From: Eledone cirrhosa | Taxonomy: Eukaryota | Direction: 5' to 3' | Assembly: GCA_964016885.1 (NCBI GenBank) | Contig: OZ024742.1 | Coordinates: forward strand, 189,658,001-189,722,000 | DNA: 64,000 nt | Shown here: positions 26,610 to 38,910 of the stretch, piece after piece | Position numbering within the stretch: the stretch's first letter is position 1 | Layout: each line of letters begins with the position of its first letter | Position numbers and translations under genes: made by a program | The notes under the pieces: generated by a model | What the model was told of the DNA's origin: nothing | The model's input: only the letters and a program-made list of their open reading frames with translations | Database searches by the model: none

Positions 26610-26860
26610 CTTTGAGCTTTGTAAGTTTCATGCCGTGAAGCGACTGAGAGTACAAGACTCCCCCCCCCCCCTCTGGACAGGACGTCAGTCCACCACAGAG
26701 TTAAACCTCCAGCTATTGCTGGTACTCATTTTTAGCTGAGTATACTGGAGCAACGTGAAATGAAGTGCTTTTCTCAAGAACACAACACGTAGCCCAGGAA
26801 TCGAACCTACAACATTATGATCGCAAGTCCAACACTCTTACCACTAGGCCACGTGCCTCC
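26610..26860 (-). mobile_element. SINE family 2, well-preserved copy
   Basis: Minus strand GGAGGCACGTGGCCTAGTGGTAAGAGTG..GGTTCGATTCCTGG carries clear A and B boxes. Confidence 0.85.
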
Positions 26861-26931
26861 ACCATATATATATATATACATGTTTATATGTATATATATA
26901 TGTTTATATGTATATATATATATATATATAT

Positions 26932-26973
<42 letters not shown>

Positions 26974-27157
26974 AAATATAATTTTCTCTTATTCAACTGT
27001 GATTGCAATGATGATGATTATATATACTATACACAGTCGATCGACTTTCGTCAAATCGGACCGAGGAAACAATGTTCCCGTTGGTCTTTCCAATTGCTAA
27101 TACTATCTATCGGTCGCAACTCCAGGTAGAAATATATGCTATAATATACATTATTAT

Positions 27158-27532
27158 CCTACTACAGTCAGTAGGCATCTCTAACAAAATACACCCCCGT
27201 CCCACCACCCCCACCCCATCCACACCGCCCCCTTCTATGTAAAGTTATGTTGGTGCCACACCATCCAGGCCGAAACAAATGAGATCGTGTAGGTGTCACG
27301 ACAAAAAAACACACAGTCCACGCTGTAATGTGGCCGTGTAGGCAACACGGTAAAAACCTCCCAGACCCACACTGTAAATGTGGTTGGTGTTAGGAAGGGC
27401 ATCGAACTGTAGAAAACCTGCCAGACAGTCCTATGCAAGCAAGACAATCACTCTTGCCTCAAGTGGGAAAACCCCCGTCCAAACCCATGCAAGCGTGGAA
27501 CACGGACGTTAAACGTTGATGATGATGATGAT
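27158..27532 (+). mobile_element. RTE subfamily B 3'-UTR fragment
   Basis: Nearly identical to 29366-29748 and to the reverse complement of 36992-37377. Confidence 0.9.
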
Positions 27533-27628
27533 CCTCATCCTCATCTTTAAGCATCTGTTCTTCCTTCTAGCAAAGGTTAGATAGCTCATCCCAGAATAAG
27601 TCGAAACTCTTGCTTACATATGTTCCCA

Positions 27629-27690
<62 letters not shown>

Positions 27691-29164
27691 CTATCTCTCT
27701 CCCCCTCTCTCTCTGGCTCTCTCAAATGTTGAAGTGTATTTTCATGGCACCATCAATATGGAGGTTGTCAGTTCTTGACCCTTTGCTTAACAAATGTTCT
27801 ACAACTAGATGCCCTTCCTATCACCAACCCCTTTATAAAATGTACTGTGCACTATAATGTCTCCAACACTAGAGAGTTGTCATTCCCTTGACACAACAAT
27901 CTAATGTACTTTTAAGAAAAAATCAATTTAAATTTTAGCATTTTTTTACAATTAAGGTTTGAACTTTTCAAAGGAAAGAAAATATTTAAAGGTTTGATGT
28001 AATCTGACGTTATCATCACAGCTTAATGTCCATGTTTCCATGCTGGCATGGGTTATACAAGTTAAAACTGTTGTGACCAATGCCAGGTCAGGTGACCATG
28101 TCTAGCTCATACAGAACTGATTATGGCTTGGTTTCTACAGCTGGATGCCCTTCCTAGCGCCAACCTCAATTACAGTGAGTACTAAGTACTCTTTTGTTGT
28201 GATGTCTATACGACCACATTACAGTGTGGACTGGGTGCTTTTTGCCATGACAACAACACGACCACTTTACAGTGTGGGTTGGGCGCCTTTTTGCTGTGTC
28301 GCCATCACGACCACTTTACAGTGTGGGCTGGGCGCATTTTGTAATGACGTATATTGTTTTATAATTACTAACAAATGAGTTTATATATTCAAATGTCTAC
28401 ATATATATATGCATATAAGCATGCATACACAAACATATTCATGCAATCACCCATATATGGTCAAATGTACATGAATATGTATATGCATACACACACGTTC
28501 ATGCATTATGCACATATGTAAATACACATATATTATATATGTACATATGAATTTGAAAATATGAGAGGCCAAAGCGTAGAACATAACAGGACAGAGGCAC
28601 CTGTAACCAGGTTTTCAACATTTAAGAATAATTTACTCAATATTCTCAACTATTATATATAGGCATTCTCTACATTTGGTACTACAACATATTCACATTT
28701 TAAACATTCCCAATACTTCGATAATTCATAAAGTTTATATACATACATATAGTCCGACCTTATGTTGTTGTTTTAACGTATATATATATATACTGTGGTA
28801 CAAGTTTGGTAGAAATATCCAAGGGTAAGAGTACTCAGTTCATAGGATGAGTTACAGCAGTGACATATACAGGTACTTAGGTTTTCTTGGGTTATACACC
28901 ACAACCCATTCAGCCTGTTATATAAACAAAGAAGGCTACTCCCACAAATGTTTTTAGAAGTTTTTAGAAAATACAAGAGGGGATTCAAATCCTTTAAATA
29001 ATGTAAAGGGAGGTAACTAAACCCAACAAAACTTAAATACTAGTCTATGTCACCGTTAATATTGTTCAACAAGTGATACAAGTTTATGGATCTGTTATTT
29101 TTCTCTAAAAACATTTTTTCCAATTCCACCCTGCCCGTCCCTTCAATCTTTCTAATTTCTCATT

Positions 29165-29205
29165 CTTTCTTCTGATGAAGGACTAGTGTCCAAAACGTTA
29201 AAATC
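29165..29205 (+). ncRNA. Minimal hammerhead-ribozyme remnant (Penelope-type)
   Basis: CTGATGA-A-GGAC-TAGT-GTCC-AAAAC-GTTA; the core GAAA reads AAAA, consistent with a G>A change at a CpG. Confidence 0.55.
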
Positions 29206-29305
29206 CGCTTTCTGCTAGTTCAAGCGTTAACCTAATATATTCCTTCCATATACAGTATCGATTGTGTTGTTATTTCTGTTTACCTTTTACATACATACAT
29301 ACATG

Positions 29306-29748
29306 GAGACCTTTGGCGGTACTCAGTAATAGAGAAGACCCGCCTTACCTAAATAAAAAGTAAAACCTACTACAGTCAGTAGGCATCTCTAACAAAATAC
29401 ACCCCCGTCCCACCACCCCCACCCCATCCACACCGCCCCCTTCTATGTAAAGTTATGTTGGTGCCACACCATCCAGGCCGAAACAAATGAGATCGTGTAG
29501 GTGTCACGACAAAAAAACACACAGTCCACGCTGTAATGTGGCCGTGTAGGCAACACGGTAAAAACCTCCCAGACCCACACTGTAAATGTGGTTGGTGTTA
29601 GGAAGGGCATCCAACTATAGAAAACCTGCCAGACAGTCCTATGCGAGCAAGACAATCACTCTTGCCTCAAGTGGGAAAACCCCCGTCCAAACCCATGCAA
29701 GCGTGGAACACGGACGTTAAACGTTGATGATGATGATGATGATGATGA
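29306..29748 (+). mobile_element. RTE subfamily B, 5'-truncated copy including the last ORF codons
   Basis: GAGACCTTTGGCGGTACTCAGTAA..AAGACCCGCCTTACCTAA matches the ORF end at 37390-37437; (GAT)n tail. Confidence 0.9.
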
Positions 29749-30056
29749 TACGAATAAATGTTAAGACAAGTTTATGTAATTACATAATTAAATTTATCAT
29801 GTTATACACATTTCCACAACACTACTAGCACATTGTCGTTATATAATTGTAACATTTAAATAGCATGGCCTCATCAGACAGTATTTTGGATTTAACCCTT
29901 TAGCATTTAAACCGGCCATATCCGGCCAGAATCATGATAGCGTTCGGTTTAATTGAAGATGGGAGGGTAAAGCAAGTATAACGTTTTATATATTTATTAA
30001 CTCTTTTTTTTAAACTCATTTAATATAATGGTTACAGGACGAAAACACTAACAAAT

Positions 30057-30437
30057 ATAATTGTTTCTACTTTTGGCACAAGGTCAGCAATTATCCCAGT
30101 GTATTACTGGTACTTTATTTTATCGATCCCGTAAGGATGAAAGGCAAAGTTAACCTCGGTGGGATTTGAACTCAGATCATAAAGGGCCGTAACTCTATGC
30201 TGCAAAGCATGGCATCCGACCCTCTACCGATACCGCCAATCCACCACCCTTTTAATAATTGTTTCTACTTTTGGCACAAGGCTAGCAATTATCCCAGTGT
30301 ATTGCTGGTACTTTATTTTATCGACTCCGTAAGGATGAAAGGCAAAGTTAACCTAGACGGGATTTGAACTCAGACCGTAAAGGGACGTAACTATGCTGGA
30401 AAGCATGGTGTCTGACCCTCTACCAATACTGCCAATC
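30057..30437 (-). mobile_element. Two tandem SINE family 1 copies
   Basis: Two near full-length units at 30057-30248 and 30254-30437. Confidence 0.88.
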
Positions 30438-30539
30438 TAATATATACAAAGGAAAGGGAAAGGAAAAAAAGAAAAAGAAAAAATACTCAAGCATATAATA
30501 CACACATCTTAGACTACATAGAAGAAAATGCAGACGAAA

Positions 30540-30975
30540 GAGTGGAAAAACGAGCCGCTATCAGAGAAAAAGATAGCAATATAGCGAGGAGCACTGGGAA
30601 ACCTCTCTAATAATTTTTGAGGCAGGCCAGCATGCTCGCAGCATTATCTGGGGTGATGGTGACGCTGAGTTGCTGGAACAACCAAGTGCCCACACGAGCA
30701 TCACCAGTTACCTCTGTTTGGCGAGCCGCCAGTGAAGATAAGAATCTCACTGTCAGTAACCCGACTCCCCCAAAACGTCTCGAACACCACAGGCTGGATA
30801 ATGTAGTTAGCTGACAGAACACAGTATTTTAGGATTTTGTTCCATTCAGCTGCCGATGCTGTAGCTCTCGCACTTACCGCTGCATCCAGTATGTGGAAAG
30901 AGGCAAAAGAGTCACTAACTGTGACGTCCCAGGTAAGGCACCTGCCTCTTGACCAGGAGCACAGAGTAAGGCCAA
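30540..30975 (-). pseudogene. 3' end of a CRE-like RLE non-LTR retrotransposon
   Basis: Minus-strand WSRGRCLTWDVTV, AAE..KILKY, QPVVFET and TGDARVGTWLFQQLSVTI..DNAASML, typical of the CRE-clade C-terminus; frameshifted. Confidence 0.7.
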
Positions 30976-31296
30976 AATTGAGGTGATGTTTGCCCTGGTA
31001 GAGCTGCTACTTCTCCGAATTGAGAGATCACAACTCTGATATTATGAGAATGTGGTTAGAATGTCTCAGTAAAGAATCACTGGACTCATTTTACAGGCAA
31101 AACCAATTGGCAAAAGACCCAGAGGTAGACCCTGAGCAAGATTGTTGGATAACATCCATGAGCTTGGCTGGTCACGCTTTGGGATCTAGCTGGATCAGTT
31201 AGAGATGTTTGCTACTGACAAACTTGTTGGAAGGAGTGTTTGAGAAGGACTCTGCCCCCACGACCCTCTCAGAAATAAGTGGGTGAAGAAGAAGAT
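30975..31296 (+). mobile_element. 3' fragment of an Expander/Rex3-like RTE LINE with a (GAA)n tail
   Basis: LLLRIERSQL, VVRMS and KPIGKRPRGRP motifs; a second copy lies on the minus strand at 32873-33325. Confidence 0.7.
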
Positions 31297-31399
31297 ATTG
31301 TCAATTTACTTTTCAATTTACATATATCTATATGCATATATATTTGCGTATAATACTAATATGCACACTATATATGCTAGCATCTATAACTGCTACTTC

Positions 31400-31625
31400 C
31401 TATAATTGTTTCTACTTTTGGCACAACGCCAGCAATTATACCAGTGTATTACTGGTACTTTATTTTATTGACCCCGTAGGGATGAAAGGCAAAGTTAACC
31501 TCGGCAGGATTTGCTAGTTCCTAATAATTGTTTCTACTTTAGGCACAAGGCCAGCAATTACCCAGTGTATTACTGGTACTTTATTTTATCGACCCCGTAA
31601 GGATGAAAGGCAAAGTAAACTCGGC
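31400..31625 (-). mobile_element. Two 5'-truncated SINE family 1 copies at the same target
   Basis: GCTAGTTCCTAATAAT at 31513-31528 and 31624-31639, with a degenerate third copy at 31392-31406. Confidence 0.85.
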
Positions 31626-31959
31626 TAGTTCCTAATAATGACACTCGATCATGTTATGCACAGTCTCATATTACTGTTGGATACATACATTCTACATGGC
31701 GTTCTTAATTCTGCTCAAACTATACTTTATGGATTGACATGGCACAAACTCAAACACTTAAATAAAGACAACTATATATATATATGTGTGTGCGTGTGAG
31801 TGTATGCACATATACACATATACATATATTATACAAATACAGACACACACCCCTACATACAAAAGCATGTATGTTGGTCTATATACAGACTGCTCATACT
31901 CATATACCTTGCACATTCATGCAGACACTCAAGTGCATATGTAAATAAGTGCAATACAT

Positions 31960-33690
31960 GACTAGTTGCAAAACTACTTTGACAGAGTTGTTTTGGGTGA
32001 CCTAAAAGGGTCTTTAACTGCTGGGAAAGTATATGGACTTGATATGTTGCAAGAAATAATAAGTATGATGTTCCCAGATGTATGTCGATAGTAAGGTCCT
32101 AGATTTGCTATTATTGTTTTTAAATGAAGAAATATGCTGATAATAACTTTTTTTAAATGTTTTGGCTATATAAAATCGAGAATATTAATTAGTGATAACA
32201 GTAATGATATATTCCAGTTCTTTCATTAAGTATTGTTCCTTGAGGGAGCATAAACTGCTATTAATGCATTTACAATTATGAGGAAGATTTTGGTTGTTTT
32301 GATGAGTGTTTTGTAATTTACCAGCACTGTGTAAAATTCTGAGTGGTAATGTATAAAGATTTAATGTCATTTTCTTTGTAAAATTTGTAGTATTTGTAGT
32401 ATTTGTTGTGTTTCGGAAAGTGTTGATCAACGAGTTTAAAAAATACTTTTGCCATTCAAGTAGAAACTTATAGATTGAAAGAGGGATTATACCAAATAGC
32501 TGATTTTTTTTTTTTTACGAAGGAATAGTATATTGTGTATGTATTGAATTTTCTCTTTGAGCTAGTTTTCCATAGTGCATTCTCTGAAATAATAGTGAAC
32601 TCTTTGAAATCTTTTTTTTTTTTGATAAAGAAGATATTCTTTGAGAGATGTTTTTAATTATTTTTTTAAAGGTAATTCTTGTGTTTTTAGATTGTTTGTT
32701 AATATAGAAAAGCTTTTCATTAGGTCCATTATATAGATTGAATGTGTTATCCAATAAATCTAGGCTCATCTTTCGGAAGTTCACTCATTTTATTCTCTGC
32801 TCAATTAAATTGTAACTGTTTGAAAAAACAGTGGAGATTTTTCTAGAACCTATCCGAATATGGTGTATTCATATTTCTTCTTCTTCTTTGCTCAATTATT
32901 CCTGAGAGGGTTGTGGGGGCAGAGTCGTCAAACACTTCTTCCAGCGGGTTCTATCAGAAGCAACCTTCTCCAATTGATCCAGCTGAATCCCCAAGCGTGA
33001 CCAACCAAGCTCATGGATGTTATACATCTTATTCAGGGTCTACCCTTGGGTCTCTTGCCAGTTGGTTTTGCCAGTAAAATATGTTCAGTGATTCTTTCCT
33101 GAGACATTTTAACTACATCCCCTTATTATTGGAGCTGTGATCTCTCAATTTGGAGAAGTAGTGGCTCTACCATTACTCCAAAGACCGTTTTGAGGAATTC
33201 CATTTCGACTGCTTGTATTCGCGATCATATTCTTTCGGTCATTACCCAAGATTCATGACTATAGGTAAGGGTTGGCATGAAACCCGAATTGAAGATAACG
33301 GGTTTGGCTTTTCTGCCTAACTCCCTTCATATTTCTAAATAGTAATAATCAAACAAATTTGATGTAGACCTTTTATAAATGAAAAATACTTCATTTCATG
33401 TAGTGTATTAAACAAGCCTACATCATTGATTTCCTCTCGGTTTTTCTAACTCCACACTAACATTGACGAGTTTGTTATAGTGTTTCTTTATTCTAGTAGT
33501 ATTGTTGTCAAATAATGAGGATATCTGAGATAAAAAAAATTGTTTCTATTTGAATAGACATTATGGTGGTGATAGATCTGACATGTTTTATAGCGGTCAT
33601 AAATTATCTGTATGATGAATGAATAATAGTCACATCTCTCCAACTGAAAAAGAAAACATTCATTTTCTCAGTGATTGATTTAAACTAATT
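31960..33690 (-). pseudogene. Heavily decayed Penelope-like element (RT thumb to GIY-YIG linker), interrupted by an RTE fragment
   Basis: NF..SLDL..NTF..Y..PNEKLFYINKQS...IIKNISQRISSLS and CKC....CSL..Q resemble PLE motifs (LYIN..SNHP; CNC....CPL.G.C). Boundaries approximate. Confidence 0.6.
32873..33325 (-). mobile_element. Expander-like RTE 3' fragment
   Basis: Reverse-complement homologue of 30975-31296 with a (TTC)n start. Confidence 0.7.
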
Positions 33691-34107
33691 TATAACTGCA
33701 TTAGTGTTATTCAATATATGGTGGTATGGTCCGGTAACACCTGATAGAGATGTAGGGGTGCCATATTGACATACAGCATTTCTTGGGCATTTTAAGCCTG
33801 GTGGAGCCCATCTCTCTCCGGGCCCGGATATAGCAGATATCTTCCAGGGAAAGATAGAAAGTGAGAGAGAAGAAATGAGAAAGAGATATAGAGGAAGAAT
33901 CCATCCCAGTACTAGACTGGTACATTTTTTCTTTCAATCTCAAAAGGATGAAAGGCAAAATTCCATATATACCTACATATATTCACATACAAACAAACAT
34001 ATATGCAAATATACATACATACACATATACATACATATATACATATACACACACATACATACATACATACATACATACATACATACATACATACATACAT
34101 ACATACA

Positions 34108-34500
34108 TTGCCTTCAGATTTATGCCTGTGATTATTGGGGCACTGGGATATGTTAGTAACTGCCTCAATACAAATCTTGAGAAGCTGGGCTTTACAGGAA
34201 CAGAAAGAACACAACTAGTTAAGAAATTACAAGTACAATCCATTAATGGAACAGTAAAAATATGTAAAACATTCCAAAAATGTTGCATCTAATAACTGCA
34301 TATACACATGTACAGATATTCAGCATATACACATCCACACATACAATAATATCCATATCTACGCATGCATGCATGCAGACATGCATGCATATCTACCTAA
34401 TTGATGTTGTGTAAATTCCAATGAGAGAGTCTTGTGTCTATGTTAGAGACTGACTCTCTCTCTATTGGCAAAAATTTGTGAAATTATAAAACCAGAAGAA
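34108..34500 (+). mobile_element. 3' end of an RLE-type LINE, 5'-bounded by (TACA)n
   Basis: FRFMPVIIGALGYV...LEKLGF...LQVQSINGTVKICKTF C-terminus, then a UTR hairpin (GAGAGAGTC...GACTCTCTC). Confidence 0.65.
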
Positions 34501-34964
34501 CATATATACATACATAAATACATACATGGACACACATCAGTTTAAATATGTTCTTAATGTTACGGGAGTAGGGAGTCTTCTGGGCTGATTTTGTCTCTCT
34601 TGACTTGAGAGGAATTGATCAATATTATGGAAATGTATTGGGAGGGAAAAAACTACTTTTATGATCTGTAAGGTGAATAAAATACAGTTCTGAGAGGATT
34701 TGTTCTATGTTCTATCATTGGTTTCTTATTTAGTGGCTACGTTTATTGGGGATTTTTTGTCTCCATTTTGTTTGAAGTCTGGGATTGGCAGTATTGCTAG
34801 AACGTTAGATAGGATGCTTTGTTATATTTATTAGAACTCTCTGAATTCTGAGTTCAAATCTCACTAAGGTTAACTTTGCCATTATATTCTCTCTAGGATG
34901 ATAAAGAAAGAACAAATCCAGTACTGAGGTTGATTCTTCCTCTATATGTCTATCTCACTTCATT

Positions 34965-35002
<38 letters not shown>

Positions 35003-35458
35003 GTTTTCTCTCACACACACACACACATACTCTCTCTCTCACACACTCTCTTTCTGTCAATCTCTCTCCCTCTCCCATACACACACACGCTCTCTCTCTC
35101 ACACACACACTCTCTCTCTATCGATCTATCTATCTCTTTCTGTCACACACACCCTCTCTCTCTCTGTGATTGTATGTATAAAATAACTACTCTCTCTCTC
35201 TGTGATTGTGTGCAATAAATAACTACTAGTTTCCAACATAAAGTATAATGTATTACTGAGACTGTATTACCAGATCCCCTTCAGAACATTACAACTAAAT
35301 AGTTCTTGAATTACAAGCTGTTTTCTGCCTGGAAGAAGGGATGGGCTCTGCGTTTATGATTGCATTAAGAGTTATGGGTCCATACATATATTAATAACAA
35401 GGTTTTTTTTTATATAGACGTTTATAGGTTCTTACATTGCTATATCAATATTCTGTTT

Positions 35459-35645
35459 GTGGATTGGCAGTATTGGTAGAGGGTTGGACGCCATGCTTTG
35501 CATCATGGAGGTCCGGCCCTTTACAGTCTGGGTTCAAATCTCGCCAAAGTTAATTTTGCCTTTCATTCTTACAGGGTCGATAAAATAAAGTACCAGTAAT
35601 GAACTGGGGTAATTGCTGGCCTTGTGCCAAACGTAGAAACAATTA
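35459..35645 (+). mobile_element. SINE family 1 copy
   Basis: Collinear with 4004-4200. Confidence 0.85.
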
Positions 35646-35716
35646 ATATTCTGTTTGAGTTCTTCTCAGAGCTAGTTGTCATAATTATTAAATTTGACAG
35701 AATAAGTCATCATTAA

Positions 35717-35936
35717 CCCTCTAGCATTTACATTACTCTATATATACTATTGTATTTTCATGGTAAAGGCTTTACTTCATATAATTATCTCACATAATAT
35801 CGATTCTATGAGATTTTGATATTATTTATTTTGAGAACAATAACTTAACATTAATATGAATGGCCAGTTATGGCCAGTTTGAACAGAAACAGGTGAGAGA
35901 TTCTGACTGAATATGGCTGGTTTAAATGCTAAAGGA
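35717..35936. mobile_element. TTAA-flanked piggyBac-like MITE
   Basis: TTAA-CCCTCTAGCATTTA...TAAATGCTAAAGGA-TTAA. Confidence 0.82.
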
Positions 35937-36758
35937 TTAAAATGCTATTCAATAGTAGGTATTTCAGAGTTTTTAATCTAAAAGTATTCTTACTCTGGAT
36001 ATTCTGTAGAGTTCAATTCTCTGTAGCAGCTGTTTTCCATTTTCCAATTCATAGGAGTATTTTACCCAATTTTCTAATATATTATTTAGAGCAATCGATT
36101 GTGTTTACAGGTTTTTTTTTTTTTTGGGGGGGGGGGGGGGGGGGCGTTTGAAATTCTCTAAATTTTCTAAGAATTTCAATTCACTCGACTCTCTGATGGT
36201 TTATTTAAAACTGTTGTCATAAATATACATATATGTGTGTGTGTGTATGTGTGTGTGTGTGTGTATATGCATGCATGTATGTATGTATATATATATATAT
36301 ATATATATATAAATACATAATCGGAGAAAGCTAATAGCGATACTCCGTCCAAATTCCAACTCACTCAACAAACATTAGGAAATACCTGAGTATATTCCTA
36401 ATTAAACGTTCGGGGTGCTAACTAATTGTATTGTGTGGAAAATTGGCTGTATCATTTCATATGAGATATATCAAATACATCTCTTCCCAGACGGACGTCT
36501 CGTTTCACTACAAGATTTCTACAAGTTGGATGAAATTATACCAATTTATGTAGAAGCTCGTATAAGATCAACAGATACTTATTCAAGTGGGCTCTTATAA
36601 TTCTTCAGTGGGTGCCCAATAATATTAATATTAACAACCAAATCAATATATATATATAGGAAAAAGTATGACCCCGATGGCAGAGCTCAAGCCGTTTCGA
36701 CGGCTATTTCTGGACTATATATATATATTTCTGGACTATATATATATATATATATATA

Positions 36759-36955
36759 CGTAGGTCCCGGGTTGAGTCGGGGATAACCACAGTAAGTAAG
36801 GTACTCAATACATGGCAGAGTAAAATTTTTTTATTTTATAGAAGGAGCTTCTACAGGACTAGTACTGTTTCATTCAGATGAAATCTTCAGGAAGATTTCA
36901 TCTGAATGAAACAGTACTAGTCCTGTAGAAGCTCCTTCTATAAAATAAAAAAATA

Positions 36956-36960
<5 letters not shown>
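36759..36960 (-). mobile_element. TA-embedded element with a perfect 64-bp-arm hairpin and a minimal hammerhead-like core
   Basis: 36825-36888 is the reverse complement of 36891-36954; minus strand reads CTGAAGA-TTTCATCTGAAT-GAAAC-AGTACTA-GTC. Confidence 0.75.
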
Positions 36961-36991
<31 letters not shown>

Positions 36992-36994
<3 letters not shown>

Positions 36995-38910
36995 TCATCA
37001 TCATCATCATCAACGTTTAACGTCCGTGTTCCACGCTTGCATGGGTTTGGACGGGGGTAGTCCCACTTGAGGCAAGAGTGATTGTCTTGCTCGCATAGGA
37101 CAGTCTGGCAGGTTTTCTACAGTTGGATGCCCTTCCTAACACCAACCACATTTACAGTGTGGGTCTGGGAGGTTTTTACCGTGTTGCCTACACGGCCACA
37201 TTACAGCGTGGACTGTGTGTTTTTTTGTCATGACACCTACACGATCTCATTTGTTTCGGCCTGGATGGCGCGGCACCAACATAACTTTACATAGAACGGG
37301 GTGGTGTGGATGGGGTGGGGGTGGTGGTGGTGGGACGGGGTGTATTTTGTTAGAGATGCCTACTGGCTGGAGTAGGTTTTACTATATATTTAGGTAAGGC
37401 GGGTCTTCTCTGTTACTGAGTACCGCCAAAGGTCTCGGTCCAGTGACATTGTCTTGGAGAGGTGTAAGTGTGTGAGGTCGGAGTTTATCAGCTCGTCCCA
37501 GGTTTTTCTAGGTCTGCCTATTCCGTGGCCACCGTCTATCTTTATTGCCCTGCACTTTGTTATACAGCTATCGACTTTCATGCGCATCACGTGTCCATAC
37601 CAACGTAGCCTTCTCTCGAGTAAACAACATCTGATCCCTCTTATCTCTAATTTTTTCCTTAGTTCGTTTATGCTTTGCCGTTCACGTATATTACTGTTAC
37701 ACATCCAGCGGAGCATGCAAGCTTCGTTCCTCTCTAGTCTGCGTATATCCTCTGCACACAATGCCCAGGTCTCACTGCCATGCAACATTGCTGTTCGTAT
37801 GCAGGCATCGTACAACCTGAGCAGCTAATAGTGGTATAAGCTCTCTGAACTTTTTCCAACCAGTTCTGACTCTAGCTACAGTACTTTCAGAGCACCCTCC
37901 CCCACTGCTGATTTTATCGCCCAGGTAACGGAAGCTGTCCACTATTTCTATAGAACCCTCTGCGCAATTGAAAGAGCTAGTATTTTGTGGGCACTTGCTG
38001 CTACTTATTGCACCAGAACACCGGCCACATGTAAAATCTATGTTCTTAGTTAGCTTACCTGTGATCCCACTACATCTTTTATGCACCCATACTTTGCATT
38101 TAGGACATAAAATGGAGTTTCTACCTACGCCTTTCCTACACACTGAGCACAACCATTTCCCAGAAGGGACCGCCGCCTTGTTTTCTTTCCTACAAACTAG
38201 AACTTTGGTCTTAGCCAGGTTAATTTTAAGTCCTTTTGACTCTAGGCCGTGCTTCCATGTTTGGAATTTCTTCTCTAGCTCGGCCATTGATTCCGCTATG
38301 AGTGTCAGGTCGTCTGCGTATAGGAGTTCCCATGGGCAGCCTGTCTTGAACTCCTCTGTTATAGCCTGAAGGGCAATAATAAATAGTAGGGGGCTGAGAA
38401 CAGAGCCCTGATGGACGCCAACTTTTATATATATATATATATATATACATATGAATATATATATATATTTATATGTATATATATATATATGCAATGTACC
38501 CTGCTTCCCCCATTCTTCCATTCTTTTCATGCCTGTCTCTTGGCCTTAACTGCCTCATCTACCTTATTGTTCCACCACCAAGTCACTCTCCTCCTGCTTG
38601 TGGTCTTACTCCAGCCACAGATCTCATCCGTCGCCTCTAGTAAGTTATTTTTTAGGAACTCCCAGTGCTCTTCTACATTGAATGTCTCTATCTGTTCTTC
38701 TTTACTGTCATAGACGTTGAGTAAAATATCTTTAAATCTGTTACTGGCTGAGGGGTCTTTCAGCTTCCAGATCTTTCTTCTCCAGGCTGGCCTTTGTTTC
38801 CAGGTTCGTCTAGTTCTGACTGTGAGGTCGCTGACAACTAAGCTATGTTGGGAGGTACATTCCTCACTAGGGAAGGCTTTTGTGTTTATGACCATCCATC
38901 TGTCACGTCC
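36992..38910 (-). mobile_element. RTE-clade LINE, subfamily B, with an internal segment replaced by (TA)n
   Basis: End of the APE domain (TSQHSLVVSD), TWWWN, VGVHQGSVLSPLLF, LLYADD, intact PHD-like finger, AMLHGSETW, WYGHVMR, 3' UTR and (GAT)n tail. Confidence 0.93.

Noticed and set aside
26790-26860. tRNA-like sequence (also 25601-25670 and 4004-4095)
   Set aside because: A and B boxes belong to SINE heads that run into SINE bodies; no complete cloverleaf was evident.
29892-29933. piggyBac-like MITE start
   Set aside because: Only one end is present, so it is not listed as a full element; similar degenerate TTAACCC ends at ~13190-13451, 40037 and 53677 were left uncalled.
30057-31639. Repeated units that could suggest a CRISPR-like array
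   Set aside because: They are tandem or nested SINE copies in eukaryotic DNA, without regular repeat-spacer spacing or cas genes.
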